Assembly: GCA_964596525.1 (NCBI GenBank)
Contig: CAZQUL010000001.1
Span: forward strand, 460,830-524,829
Length of the DNA stretch: 64,000 nt
Direction of reading: 5' to 3'
Source: an uncultured Gammaproteobacteria bacterium
Lineage (GTDB): Bacteria > Patescibacteriota > Patescibacteriia > Magasanikbacterales > GWA2-37-8
Part shown: positions 50,515-59,301 of the stretch, piece after piece
Layout: every line of letters begins with the position of its first letter
Position numbering within the stretch: position 1 is the first letter of the stretch
Position numbers and translations under genes: made by a program
The notes under the pieces: generated by a model
What the model saw: only the letters and a program-made list of their open reading frames with translations
The model's database searches: none
What the model was told of the DNA's origin: nothing

Positions 50515-51150
50515 TTACTGCGGCAGTTCGAATATCCGGCTGAAGCGACCGAGGGCCTCGAGCTTCTTCTGGAGGCGCTCGGCGACCGGCTTGAGGTGCG
50601 GCGGGTAGTAGATTTTCCGGCGCGGCATCATCATGAGCCGTTTGGCGATCCGCTGCTCCCGACTTCGATCTTCGATGTTGGCGCGTTCTGCGTGCCACGG
50701 CTCGAAGATGGAGAGTTTGCGGTAGTTGACCTGCTCGTTGAAGAGCTGTGCCGCTTCCATATCGGGACGGAATGCTTCGGAGTCGACGAGGGTGAGCCGA
50801 TCGAAGATGAAGGTCTGGTGCGTGCGGATTCGCTCGCTGAGATAGGGGGCGACCTTACGGATCGCCTCGCCTGCCAGACGTCGCAGGTGGTTCTTCTCCT
50901 CGCGTGTCACGAGGATGTACGGCAGTATGAAGTAGCAGGCGTAGGTGAGAATCCTGAGCCACGGCCACCAGTATGCACCCGCGAGCTTCTTTGTTATTCC
51001 GGTGAAGAGGGCCCAGGGTATGCCACTGAGGCCGCAGATGATCATGATGAGCATGATCCACACGGCCCGCATGAAGAGAGTGCGTGGCGGGGGCAGGAGT
51101 ACGAGCTTGCGGACATCGTCGAAGGTCTCGATTTTTACCAAAGAACGCAT
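50515..51150 (-). CDS. 2-TM hypothetical protein, paralog family member C
   Basis: Start refined to the ATG after SD GGAGG; RRKIYYPPHLKPVAERLQ motif. Confidence 0.75.
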   Translation of the reverse strand: MRSLVKIETFDDVRKLVLLPPPRTLFMRAVWIMLIMIICGLSGIPWALFTGITKKLAGAYWWPWLRILTYACYFILPYILVTREEKNHLRRLAGEAIRKVAPYLSERIRTHQTFIFDRLTLVDSEAFRPDMEAAQLFNEQVNYRKLSIFEPWHAERANIEDRSREQRIAKRLMMMPRRKIYYPPHLKPVAERLQKKLEALGRFSRIFELPQ

Positions 51151-51296
51151 CGTTTCATCCTCCAGGTCCAGGGTTTCGGGGTAACGGAGCAGCTTACCAC
51201 GCTTTTTGGCGTAAGTCAATCTATCCCCTTGCCAAACGCTTTATTCTGCGCTATATTGGCCTCATCACTTAACTTTGTTAGCTTTTGTATTTCTGT

Positions 51297-51578
51297 ATGG
51301 GTCTTCCCGGTCATCGCCGCACATCGTCGCATAAACGTCGCCGCGCGGCTCATTTTGCCCTCACTGAAGGGGCCATGCAAACCTGCTCACACTGCCAGAA
51401 ACCGGTCCGTCCGCACCGCGCCTGCGCTTTTTGCGGTTACTATAAAGGACGTCCGGTGATGGTTACGAGCCGCATGAAGAAACTCGAGCGCGCCAGCAAA
51501 CCGGCCGCTAAAAAGCCAGCTACTCGCAAGAAAAAAGCCGCTGCCACGGAAACGGCTCCCGCCGCTTCCGCCAGCTAA
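51297..51578 (+). CDS. rpmF: 50S ribosomal protein L32 with Lys/Ala-rich tail
   Basis: RTSSHKRRRAAH, CSHC..PHRACAFCGYYKGR. Confidence 0.92.
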   Translation: MGLPGHRRTSSHKRRRAAHFALTEGAMQTCSHCQKPVRPHRACAFCGYYKGRPVMVTSRMKKLERASKPAAKKPATRKKKAAATETAPAASAS

Positions 51579-51603
51579 CTTAATTCCTTGACGTTCTTTT
51601 CGT

Positions 51604-52113
51604 ATGGCCAATCGCCACCTCGCGCGGAGCATTGCCATGCAGTCGCTCTTTGAATGGGATTTTCGCGACCGCCCTACCGCCGCTATACCCGCTATCGTTG
51701 AACACAACATCACCGAGTTCGGTCCGGGTCTCGAAGAAAAAGACTTCGCTCGTTTTCTGGTTGAAGGTGTTATTGAACATCTGCCGGAAATTGACGCGAT
51801 CGTCACAAAATATGCGCCCAACTGGCCGCTCAACCAGATCATGACGGTCGACCGCAACATTTTGCGTATCGGTGTTTTTGAACTGCGTTACTGCAACAAA
51901 GACGTGCCGCCCAAAGTTGCCATCAACGAGGCTATCGAGATCGCCAAAACCTTCGGTGGCCAGTCCTCGGGCCGGTTCGTGAACGGCGTGCTCGGATCAC
52001 TCTATAACGATTTGCAAAAAGACGGCTTGGCGCCGCCACCCACCACGCAGAGTGCTCCCGAGCCGGCACCTGCCGTCCAAGCGGCGCCGGAAGCGGTTGC
52101 TCAACAGGCTTAA
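51604..52113 (+). CDS. nusB: transcription antitermination factor NusB
   Basis: [35 protein letters not shown]. Confidence 0.96.
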   Translation: MANRHLARSIAMQSLFEWDFRDRPTAAIPAIVEHNITEFGPGLEEKDFARFLVEGVIEHLPEIDAIVTKYAPNWPLNQIMTVDRNILRIGVFELRYCNKDVPPKVAINEAIEIAKTFGGQSSGRFVNGVLGSLYNDLQKDGLAPPPTTQSAPEPAPAVQAAPEAVAQQA

Positions 52114-52125
52114 CTTCCTCCATGT

Positions 52126-52902
52126 ATGAGTCGAGCAAGCGTCAATCTACTCCCAGAAGTCATTGCTAAAAATTTCAAATCGCTTGAAGAAAAAATCGGG
52201 GTTACTTTTGAACGTCCCGAATGTTTGGTGCAGGCGTTCGTGCATCGCTCGTATCTCAACGAACATCACGATTTTCCGCTCCACCACAACGAACGGCTGG
52301 AATTTTTGGGTGATGCTGTGCTTGAGCTCGCGGTAACTGAATATCTCTTCCACGAATACGCTAACCCCGAGGGTGACCTTACCAATCTGCGCGCCGCGCT
52401 CGTCAATGCGCGTATGCTCGCCGAAATCGCTTACGAAATCGGCATGGAGCCGTACCTCTTTTTGAGCCACGGCGAAGCCAAAGACGCCGGTACCAAAGCG
52501 CGCGATTACATCATGGCCAATGCCATGGAAGCGCTTATCGGCGCCATTTATCTCGACAAAGGTTACGTCATCGCCAATCAGTTTATCACCCGCTGGATCT
52601 TGGTGCGTATTCCGTTCGCGCTCGAGAAACGTCTCGACATTGACGCTAAGAGCCGCTTCCAAGAAGCATCGCAAGAACTCCTCGGTATCACGCCGACATA
52701 TAAGGTTCTCCACGAAGAAGGTCCGGACCATGCCAAGATGTTCAAAGTCGGCGTGTTTCTCGACAAAGAAATGGTGGCGATCGGCGAAGGCATGAGCAAG
52801 CAAGAAGCTCAGACCGACGCTGCTGAAAAAGCCATAGCGGTCAAGAACTGGAAAGTGAAAACCATCGAGCTCATTAAACGAGAACCAGACGGACAGTTGT
52901 AA
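52126..52902 (+). CDS. rnc: ribonuclease III
   Basis: NERLEFLGDAVL signature and C-terminal dsRBD. Confidence 0.97.
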   Translation: MSRASVNLLPEVIAKNFKSLEEKIGVTFERPECLVQAFVHRSYLNEHHDFPLHHNERLEFLGDAVLELAVTEYLFHEYANPEGDLTNLRAALVNARMLAEIAYEIGMEPYLFLSHGEAKDAGTKARDYIMANAMEALIGAIYLDKGYVIANQFITRWILVRIPFALEKRLDIDAKSRFQEASQELLGITPTYKVLHEEGPDHAKMFKVGVFLDKEMVAIGEGMSKQEAQTDAAEKAIAVKNWKVKTIELIKREPDGQL

Positions 52903-52992
52903 AACCTACACGCCGAAGTCATCGGAAAGGCTGGGATGGAGAGTGAAATTTTTTTCGCACTCCTTCTCAGCATTTCACTTCTTCGGCCGCAT

Positions 52993-53065
52993 GCGCTCAT
53001 AGCTCAGCTGGTAGAGCAGTTGCCTCTTAAGCAAACGGTCGCAGGTTCGAATCCTGCTGGGCGCA
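52993..53065 (+). tRNA. tRNA-Lys(CTT)
   Basis: GCGCTCA-TAGCTCAGCTGGTAGAGC...CT-CTT-AA...GGTTCGAATCC...TGGGCGC-A; CCA not encoded. Confidence 0.93.
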
Positions 53066-53069
53066 CACG

Positions 53070-53177
53070 AAAAATCCCGTATCCACCATCTCATTTTTAC
53101 GCTTTATCCGACGTGCACTATTGTATAGACAATTCCATCGTTCGGATGGAAAATGAGGTAGAGGATGCGGGATTTTT
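53070..53177. repeat. long imperfect inverted repeat between tRNAs
   Basis: AAAAATCCCGTATCC/GGATGCGGGATTTTT, ATCTCATTTT/AAAATGAGGT, ATCCGA/TCGGAT. Confidence 0.75.
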
Positions 53178-53188
53178 TGCAACAATTC

Positions 53189-53260
53189 GCTCCCGTAGTT
53201 TAATGGATAAAATGTCAGGCTTCGAACCTGAAGATAGGGGTTCGATTCCCTTCGGGAGCA
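53189..53260 (+). tRNA. tRNA-Arg(TCG)
   Basis: GCTCCCG...TCAGG-CT-TCG-AA-CCTGA...GGTTCGATTCC...CGGGAGC-A; CCA not encoded. Confidence 0.93.
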
Positions 53261-53334
53261 CGCGTGGTGGTGGTCGAGACAAAGAGGTGTCTCGACCTCC
53301 GTCGGAAACAAAAATCCACCTGCCTATTTATTTA

Positions 53335-53811
53335 ATGACTAAACGTATGTTCAAAAAAATCGCTACGGCGATCGCTCTATCCTTTGTGTCCATTTTTGGA
53401 ATGGTTACTTTGGTTCAGGCGCAGGCAGTCGCTGTCGACGGCGGCATTGATGCCGGTTACGGGATGATGGAGAATTTTAGAGAAAATGACAGTGTTCGTT
53501 GTTTGGTCGATGGTCAGGCTGTGCCCTGTCCGGAGCTTGGAGGACATGCGCGTTCCTTTATCGGTGCCGGTCTGTTTTTTACTCTCGTCATTGTCGCTCT
53601 CATGGTGTGGGGTTTGGTGTTCTGGATTCTCATGATTGTCCACGCGGTCAAGAATCCGATCGAGAGTAAAGCGCTCTGGATTTTGATCATGCTTCTCACT
53701 GGCATCCTCGGCGCAATCGTGTACTACTTCGCCATCAAGCGGCCGTTTGAAATGGAGAAAGGCAAGAATTCCATCACGCCGCCAAGTGCGCCGGTGAATC
53801 CAGCGCAGTAG
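53335..53811 (+). CDS. membrane protein with PLDc_N-like C-terminal hairpin
   Basis: Start refined downstream of the tRNAs; FWILMIVH...KALWILIMLLTGILGAIVYYF. Confidence 0.75.
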   Translation: MTKRMFKKIATAIALSFVSIFGMVTLVQAQAVAVDGGIDAGYGMMENFRENDSVRCLVDGQAVPCPELGGHARSFIGAGLFFTLVIVALMVWGLVFWILMIVHAVKNPIESKALWILIMLLTGILGAIVYYFAIKRPFEMEKGKNSITPPSAPVNPAQ

Positions 53812-53819
53812 TAGGTGTG

Positions 53820-53890
53820 TAGCTCGTTAGCTCGTTAGCACGTTAGCGGTAGTTCCTAACGTGCTACAACGCTAACGTGCTACCAAGCTC
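53820..53890. repeat. octamer tandem/inverted repeat
   Basis: GTTAGCTC/GTTAGCAC units followed by reverse-complement CTAACGTGCTA units. Confidence 0.7.
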
Positions 53891-53895
53891 CCTTT

Positions 53896-55086
53896 ATGTC
53901 CACCTGGTTTGTTCTAGGCCGAGAACCGCTTCTTTCATACGCCGAACTCGCGGCGGTTTTCGGTTTTGCGGACGGGGTAGGGGAGTATGCGCCGCCATTG
54001 TATCTGACGGATGAAACGTATGATGATGCGTTCATGAACGAATTGGGCGGTGTCATTAAAATGGGGCGCGAAGTGGCGCGCGCCGTGACCACCGAACAGC
54101 TTGAACCATTTTTGCGAAGTTACTTGGCTGCGAAAGAGGGAAGGGCGCTCTTTGGGTTGAGCGTGTATGTTCATCCAAACGCTCCGTCTGCAGCACGCTC
54201 TCGGATTGCTCTCCCGTGGGTGGTCACGCTCGGCAAGCGCCTCAAGCAAGCGTTGCGCGACGAAGGTGTGTCGGCACGCTATGTGCTTAACGAGAGTATC
54301 GCGTTGTCGTCCGCGAGTGTTGCGAATAACAAATTAGTCGGTAAAGGTGTGGAGTTTCTACTTTTCCTCGATCGCGACGGCACCTGGCGGGTAGGCATTA
54401 CCTCTGCAGTGCAGCCGTTTGCGGCGTGGAGTGATCGCGATTACGGTCGTCCAGGGCGCGATGATTTGAGCGGCATGCTGCCTCCCAAACTCGCACTTAT
54501 GATGATCAATCTGGCCGGTTCGGCCAAAGACGAGGTTTTACTGGATCCGTTTTGCGGATCCGGCACCATCATTACCGAAGCGTTACGCGTCGGCTACACG
54601 CGGCTCATTGGCAGCGATGTGAGTGTTAAAGCCGTCGAAGATGCCGCGCGTAATGTGGAATGGTTCCTCAAAAAACATGCGGATATTTCCGTTCGTCCTG
54701 AGCTCGCGGTCCGTGATGTGCGTAGCCTCAGCGAACATATCGCCCCGGGCTCCATTGGTGCGGTGGTTACCGAACCGTTTTTGGGTAAGCCCAAACGCGG
54801 CCGCGAAGCGCGCGTAGAGCTTGAAGCTGAAATGAAGATGCTTTCCGTGTTGTACGCCGAAGCGCTGGCGGTTATGTATAAACTGCTCAAACCGAGCGGC
54901 CGGCTTGTTATGATCGTGCCGCGGTTCGAAGCTCCTGGCGGAGCAGTGCGCATGACCTCGTTTATGGAAAATGCAAAGCGGATCGGGTTCAAACTTGATC
55001 CGGTGGTTCAAAACGCTGAGCGTCTCGTCTACGCCCGCTCCGAACAGCGCGTCGCCCGGGAAATTTGGCGTCTAAGAAAGGTTTAG
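53896..55086 (+). CDS. putative RNA methyltransferase (Trm11/UPF0020-like)
   Basis: GMLPPKLALMMINLA, LLDPFCGSGTI, VVTEPFLG. Confidence 0.85.
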   Translation: MSTWFVLGREPLLSYAELAAVFGFADGVGEYAPPLYLTDETYDDAFMNELGGVIKMGREVARAVTTEQLEPFLRSYLAAKEGRALFGLSVYVHPNAPSAARSRIALPWVVTLGKRLKQALRDEGVSARYVLNESIALSSASVANNKLVGKGVEFLLFLDRDGTWRVGITSAVQPFAAWSDRDYGRPGRDDLSGMLPPKLALMMINLAGSAKDEVLLDPFCGSGTIITEALRVGYTRLIGSDVSVKAVEDAARNVEWFLKKHADISVRPELAVRDVRSLSEHIAPGSIGAVVTEPFLGKPKRGREARVELEAEMKMLSVLYAEALAVMYKLLKPSGRLVMIVPRFEAPGGAVRMTSFMENAKRIGFKLDPVVQNAERLVYARSEQRVAREIWRLRKV

Positions 55087-55225
55087 CGAGCTGCTAAGGG
55101 CTTCTGCCTTGACAAATGCATTTGGTTCTGGTATTTTCCAATCATCGTATAATTCTTTAATTAATGCCCATTCGGGCGCTTGGCGCATCTTTAAATGCGC
55201 AGGTTAAGACAGGATTTTTTTTATT

Positions 55226-56365
55226 ATGACCGATAAAAAGCAGGATTTTAAGGCGCTTTTGGCCGAACATTTCATCAACATCCCTAAAGTAGGTGATGTG
55301 GTGAAAGGCACGGTTCTCTCCGTTTCGCGCAACGAAGTGCATCTCGACATTGCCGGCATGACGACCGGTATCGTCCGTGGTCGCGAACTTTTCATTGAAT
55401 CGCGCGAATACGCCAACATTAAAGTCGGCGACACGGTAGAAGCGACCGTTCTCGAACTCGAAAACGAGAACAATGAAATGGAGCTCTCGTTCCGCATGGC
55501 TGGCTTCCAGAAGGCCTGGGACAACATGAAGAAATGGATGAAGGATGGCCTTACGCTTAAAGGTAAAGTGCTCGCTGCCAACAAAGGCGGTCTTATGATG
55601 CAGGTAGAAGCACTCGAAGCCTTCATGCCTGTTTCTCAGCTCAATCCTGACCACTATCCGCGCGTTGCGGGCGGTGACAAGAACCGCATTCTCGAAAAAC
55701 TCCGCGAACTCGCCAACCAGGAACTCGAAGTGAAAGTCATTGATGTCGACGAAAAAGAAGAGAAACTTATCGTTTCGGAGCGTGCTGTGTGGGAAGATGC
55801 CCAGAAGGCCGTGCTCGAATCGTATAAAGTCGGTGACGTGGTGAATGGCGAAATCAGCGCCCTCACCTCGTTTGGTGCTTTCATGAAGTTTGGTGAAGGT
55901 CTCGAAGGTCTTATCCATATCTCCGAGATCGCCTGGCAGCGCATCGATCATCCCAAAGACGTGCTCAAAATCGGTGATAAGGTGAAAGCTCAGATCATCC
56001 AGCTCGACCATTCCAAGATTTACCTCTCCATCAAACGCCTCATCGACGATCCGTGGAAAACGGTCCGCGACCGTTACCAAGAAGGTGCTAAAGTGAACGG
56101 CAAGATTATCAAGATCGAACCGTTCGGCCTCATGGTGAGCCTTGACCGTGACATCCATGGTTTGGCCCACATCTCGGAACTTTCCGATGAGCCGATCACC
56201 AACATGAACGAGAAGTTCAAGATCGGTCAGGAAATGGAATTCGAAATCATGTCGATTGAACCGAACGAACATCGCCTTGGCCTCAAAGTCGCTGGTGTGA
56301 AAGGCAAGAGCGGTCGCCGTCCGCGCCGTGATGCCAAAGAAGAAGCTCCGGCTCAGACCGCCTAA
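55226..56365 (+). CDS. rpsA: 30S ribosomal protein S1 (four S1 domains)
   Basis: Repeated S1 motifs GDVVKGTV, FGAF...EGLIHISE, HGLAHISE. Confidence 0.95.
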   Translation: MTDKKQDFKALLAEHFINIPKVGDVVKGTVLSVSRNEVHLDIAGMTTGIVRGRELFIESREYANIKVGDTVEATVLELENENNEMELSFRMAGFQKAWDNMKKWMKDGLTLKGKVLAANKGGLMMQVEALEAFMPVSQLNPDHYPRVAGGDKNRILEKLRELANQELEVKVIDVDEKEEKLIVSERAVWEDAQKAVLESYKVGDVVNGEISALTSFGAFMKFGEGLEGLIHISEIAWQRIDHPKDVLKIGDKVKAQIIQLDHSKIYLSIKRLIDDPWKTVRDRYQEGAKVNGKIIKIEPFGLMVSLDRDIHGLAHISELSDEPITNMNEKFKIGQEMEFEIMSIEPNEHRLGLKVAGVKGKSGRRPRRDAKEEAPAQTA

Positions 56366-56409
56366 TACAACTTGAATCTTATCCACACGAAAGCCTTTAC
56401 AACGGTTTT

Positions 56410-56460
56410 TCGGAGGGTAAAATTATCTCAAAGCCATCTCGTTCCCAGCGGGGTGGCTTT
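56410..56460 (+). terminator. terminator region after rpsA
   Basis: AAAGCCATCTCG..CGGGGTGGCTTT hairpin. Confidence 0.6.
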
Positions 56461-56538
56461 GCATTTCGGCTCGGGGCAGGTACCTCCTGCCTGCCCTGGG
56501 TTCGACTGCTTTACTTGCATAACCAAGGAGGTGCTTCC

Positions 56539-56613
56539 ATGCCGCGTTTCGTCAACGCCTTGTGGTACACTGTGTACTACAGTGTATCGAGCCTACGCTC
56601 GTCATCGTTTTAA
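56539..56613 (+). CDS. candidate 24-aa upstream peptide
   Basis: SD AAGGAGGT, ORF MPRFVNALWYTVYYSVSSLRSSSF; its stop abuts the next gene's SD. Confidence 0.3.
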   Translation: MPRFVNALWYTVYYSVSSLRSSSF

Positions 56614-56627
56614 CCAAGGAGATCCCT

Positions 56628-57266
56628 ATGACCATCACGCGTCTTTTCGCCTCGTTGTTTACCGTGTGTGCTTTTGGCGCCCTGGTTCTTGGTGCTGGCT
56701 GTTCCAAAACGCCGACGCCGGGAACCAAGAAACCGATTCCGACCTACACCCAAAAAAGGGTGATTGATCGGGTGGATTGGCCAGCGTCGTCGACCATTAA
56801 TCATGCGGCGCTCGCGGCCATGAAGCCGGAGGAGCGGGCTAAGGTGGCGTTGTCCGGGGTACCGGTTTTGGTGCCGGGGGATGTGAAGCTTCTGGCTGGT
56901 GGTGTCATGATCGAGCCGAATGAGTCCGGGTATGATTTTGGTTCTATCGGCACCGTTGATGGGCTGGATTTTACGATCGGCGCGACGAGGGTAAGCACCC
57001 AGTCCGACGCTCCGGTGCCAGCATACGCACGTGATCCTCAGCGACCTGACAATCGTGCGGTGGTTGGTAACCGCAAGCTGAGTATTGGCCGAATCACCGG
57101 AGATGGTAACGAAGGACCCTGGTCTGCCAGTTGGACCGAAAGCGGTGAAGCGGGGTACACCCTTCTTCTTGAATGCGTTGATGTGAGCGATGCTCGTTGC
57201 AAGGACGATAGTTATCTTAAATCCTTTGTAGCAAGTCTCGTTTATGTTGGCGGAAGCGGTAAGTAG
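56628..57266 (+). CDS. hypothetical lipoprotein paired with the M23 peptidase
   Basis: SD AAGGAG; lipobox GAGC; VPVLVP and LEC..DARC motifs. Confidence 0.75.
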   Translation: MTITRLFASLFTVCAFGALVLGAGCSKTPTPGTKKPIPTYTQKRVIDRVDWPASSTINHAALAAMKPEERAKVALSGVPVLVPGDVKLLAGGVMIEPNESGYDFGSIGTVDGLDFTIGATRVSTQSDAPVPAYARDPQRPDNRAVVGNRKLSIGRITGDGNEGPWSASWTESGEAGYTLLLECVDVSDARCKDDSYLKSFVASLVYVGGSGK

Positions 57267-57292
57267 TCTCAAAGAAAAAACAGGAGGTTGTC

Positions 57293-59170
57293 ATGCGTCA
57301 TAAGCTTGCCCTGCTTGCGTTGGTAGGTGCCCTGGTTACGGACTTGGGTGTGGTAAAAGCTCAAACTGAGCCCTTTACCTATTTCCCACCCGGCCATCTC
57401 ATAAAAGAGTCTGGGGCATTCGATCTTAGTACTGGGGTGGAAGATTACGAAGTTCATGCCCCCGACATGCTCTTCCCTCTCAAGGTTACTGCCTTTGCCA
57501 ACTCGCAATTGTTCAGCCCGGGAGGAAGTGAGTATAAGGGGGGTGATGCCACTAAGGGATGGTGGGCCAACCCTCGCAATTTCCGTTATCCCTGGCGTGA
57601 TAACTTTTGCGAATGGCGCGATGATAAGAATCACTGGGTCGAACCTTGTCCTACTCAGTGGGCCCATCAAGGTCAGGATATTCGTGCTCTAACAAAAGAC
57701 AATAAGTTATACGCTGTCGTCGCGGCAGAAGATGCTGTCGTGTGGTGGGCAAGTTCAAAATCGGGTGGAATTGTTTTGCAAACACTCGATCGGGAACGGT
57801 TGTATATGTACCTCCATATGTCGACGACTAAGGTGGTCGACGACAAAGTCGCACAGACTGTCTCTTTGCAGAAGAAGCAGCGGGTGGTTAAAGGTCAGGT
57901 GATCGGTTTCGTTTCCCAAGTCGCCTCTGAGCCTACTAGCGTCCACCTCCATTTTGAGCTCCACAAAAGAAAACGTGGTGCTGATGGCAAGCTTGTGGAT
58001 GCCTGGAGTGCTTACACGCGTGTTTCCCCCTACCTCTCCCTCATCCGCGCCTACGAACGTTTCTTCGGGTCCGAAGGAACGATGCTCGACGCACCCGCCG
58101 TCTGTACGCCCAGTACGTCCCGCTGTGCGCCGCGTGATGAAACCTTCGAAAAAAATACCTACAAGCACTCTGCCCTCATCACCTGCTCCGCCGACGGTAC
58201 CTCCGAAACCCTGTCCTGGTGCCCGGGTGCGACGTGCGGTTCGGCGCAGAGCTGTGGTCCGTCCACCGCTCCGTCTCCGCCACCGCGCGACATGAGTATG
58301 GGTGTGCCCGACATGAGCGCTCCAGAACCTGACCATCCCCGCTACTGCTTCGGCTTTCCACCGCCGCGGATAACGTGGAAGCCCAAGACCTCGTTCGGCC
58401 ATCGTGATGGCTACACCAAGATGCTTGCATACCAAGGTGCAGTGCATGCTGTCGGTACAGACACGACCATGCACGGTCATCGGGTTTACGATCCGGTGCG
58501 TGACGTATGGGACAAAGCGACGTTCATTCCGTACTCCAATCCGGCGTACGCCATCGTTGTTGCCGATGACACGCTGTATATCCCAGCGGCCGTACTGCAG
58601 CCGGTGATGCAGCGCTATTACCCGCTCTCCGATACCTGGGGAACGTTCGGTATGCCCGGGTTCAGCAGTATGCTGCCGCAGTTTCCGGTGGTTGCTGATG
58701 GAACCGCAATCTATCTCCTTAACGGATACGATATGGCGGCGTATAACCTGGCCACCAACACCTGGAAAAACCTAACCGTCATCGACCAGGGACTGGTGGA
58801 TAGCGCTGCCGTGTATAAGGGACAGCTGTTCGTGTTCGGGAGCGAACGGACCTACTATCAAGGTATGGTCCACCGGTTTGATCTTGTGTCTGGCTCCTGG
58901 ATTCAGCTTGCCGGTGTACCGGATAAAATCTGGACTTCGGCCGCGGTACACATAGGGGATACGGTCTGGCGTTTTGGCGGTCTTAAGCCGCGTGGTACCA
59001 TGACCGAACCGGTAAACAGCATCGCGCTTTTCCATCTGCCGACCGGGCAGTGGTGCACCGGTACCGCGTTTCTGCCGGACTGGATGGCTAAGCCTCTTGT
59101 AGCCTTTGCCCGTGGCCGGCTCTACGTGGTGGATGATGACGGCGATTTTTGGGAAGGTACCCCCAACTGA
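57293..59170 (+). CDS. secreted M23-family peptidase with Cys-rich linker and Kelch-like beta-propeller
   Basis: Signal peptide; HQGQD (HxxxD), YLH, HLHFE (HxH); C-terminal repeats with FG/GG and YD....W. Confidence 0.82.
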   Translation: MRHKLALLALVGALVTDLGVVKAQTEPFTYFPPGHLIKESGAFDLSTGVEDYEVHAPDMLFPLKVTAFANSQLFSPGGSEYKGGDATKGWWANPRNFRYPWRDNFCEWRDDKNHWVEPCPTQWAHQGQDIRALTKDNKLYAVVAAEDAVVWWASSKSGGIVLQTLDRERLYMYLHMSTTKVVDDKVAQTVSLQKKQRVVKGQVIGFVSQVASEPTSVHLHFELHKRKRGADGKLVDAWSAYTRVSPYLSLIRAYERFFGSEGTMLDAPAVCTPSTSRCAPRDETFEKNTYKHSALITCSADGTSETLSWCPGATCGSAQSCGPSTAPSPPPRDMSMGVPDMSAPEPDHPRYCFGFPPPRITWKPKTSFGHRDGYTKMLAYQGAVHAVGTDTTMHGHRVYDPVRDVWDKATFIPYSNPAYAIVVADDTLYIPAAVLQPVMQRYYPLSDTWGTFGMPGFSSMLPQFPVVADGTAIYLLNGYDMAAYNLATNTWKNLTVIDQGLVDSAAVYKGQLFVFGSERTYYQGMVHRFDLVSGSWIQLAGVPDKIWTSAAVHIGDTVWRFGGLKPRGTMTEPVNSIALFHLPTGQWCTGTAFLPDWMAKPLVAFARGRLYVVDDDGDFWEGTPN

Positions 59171-59301
59171 TTTTTCGTAAAAAACCGTGTTTTTAAGCTA
59201 GGCTTACCGAGCCTTGCTTTTTTTAAACAGGGCCTATAGTATACGGAAACGTATTTTGGTTCGGCTCGTAGTGGGCCTTTTGGAGTATTTAGTTTATTTG
59301 T

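Noticed and set aside
50167-51459. 430-aa plus-strand ORF
   Set aside because: It is antisense to SD-led paralog C, overlaps rpmF, and has no recognisable motifs.
48393-53260. Prophage or integrative island bounded by tRNA genes
   Set aside because: There is no integrase and no duplicated tRNA 3' end, and core genes rpmF-nusB-rnc lie within the interval.
52936-53334. N-terminal extension of the 291-aa ORF
   Set aside because: It reads through two tRNA genes; the start was reassigned to 53335.
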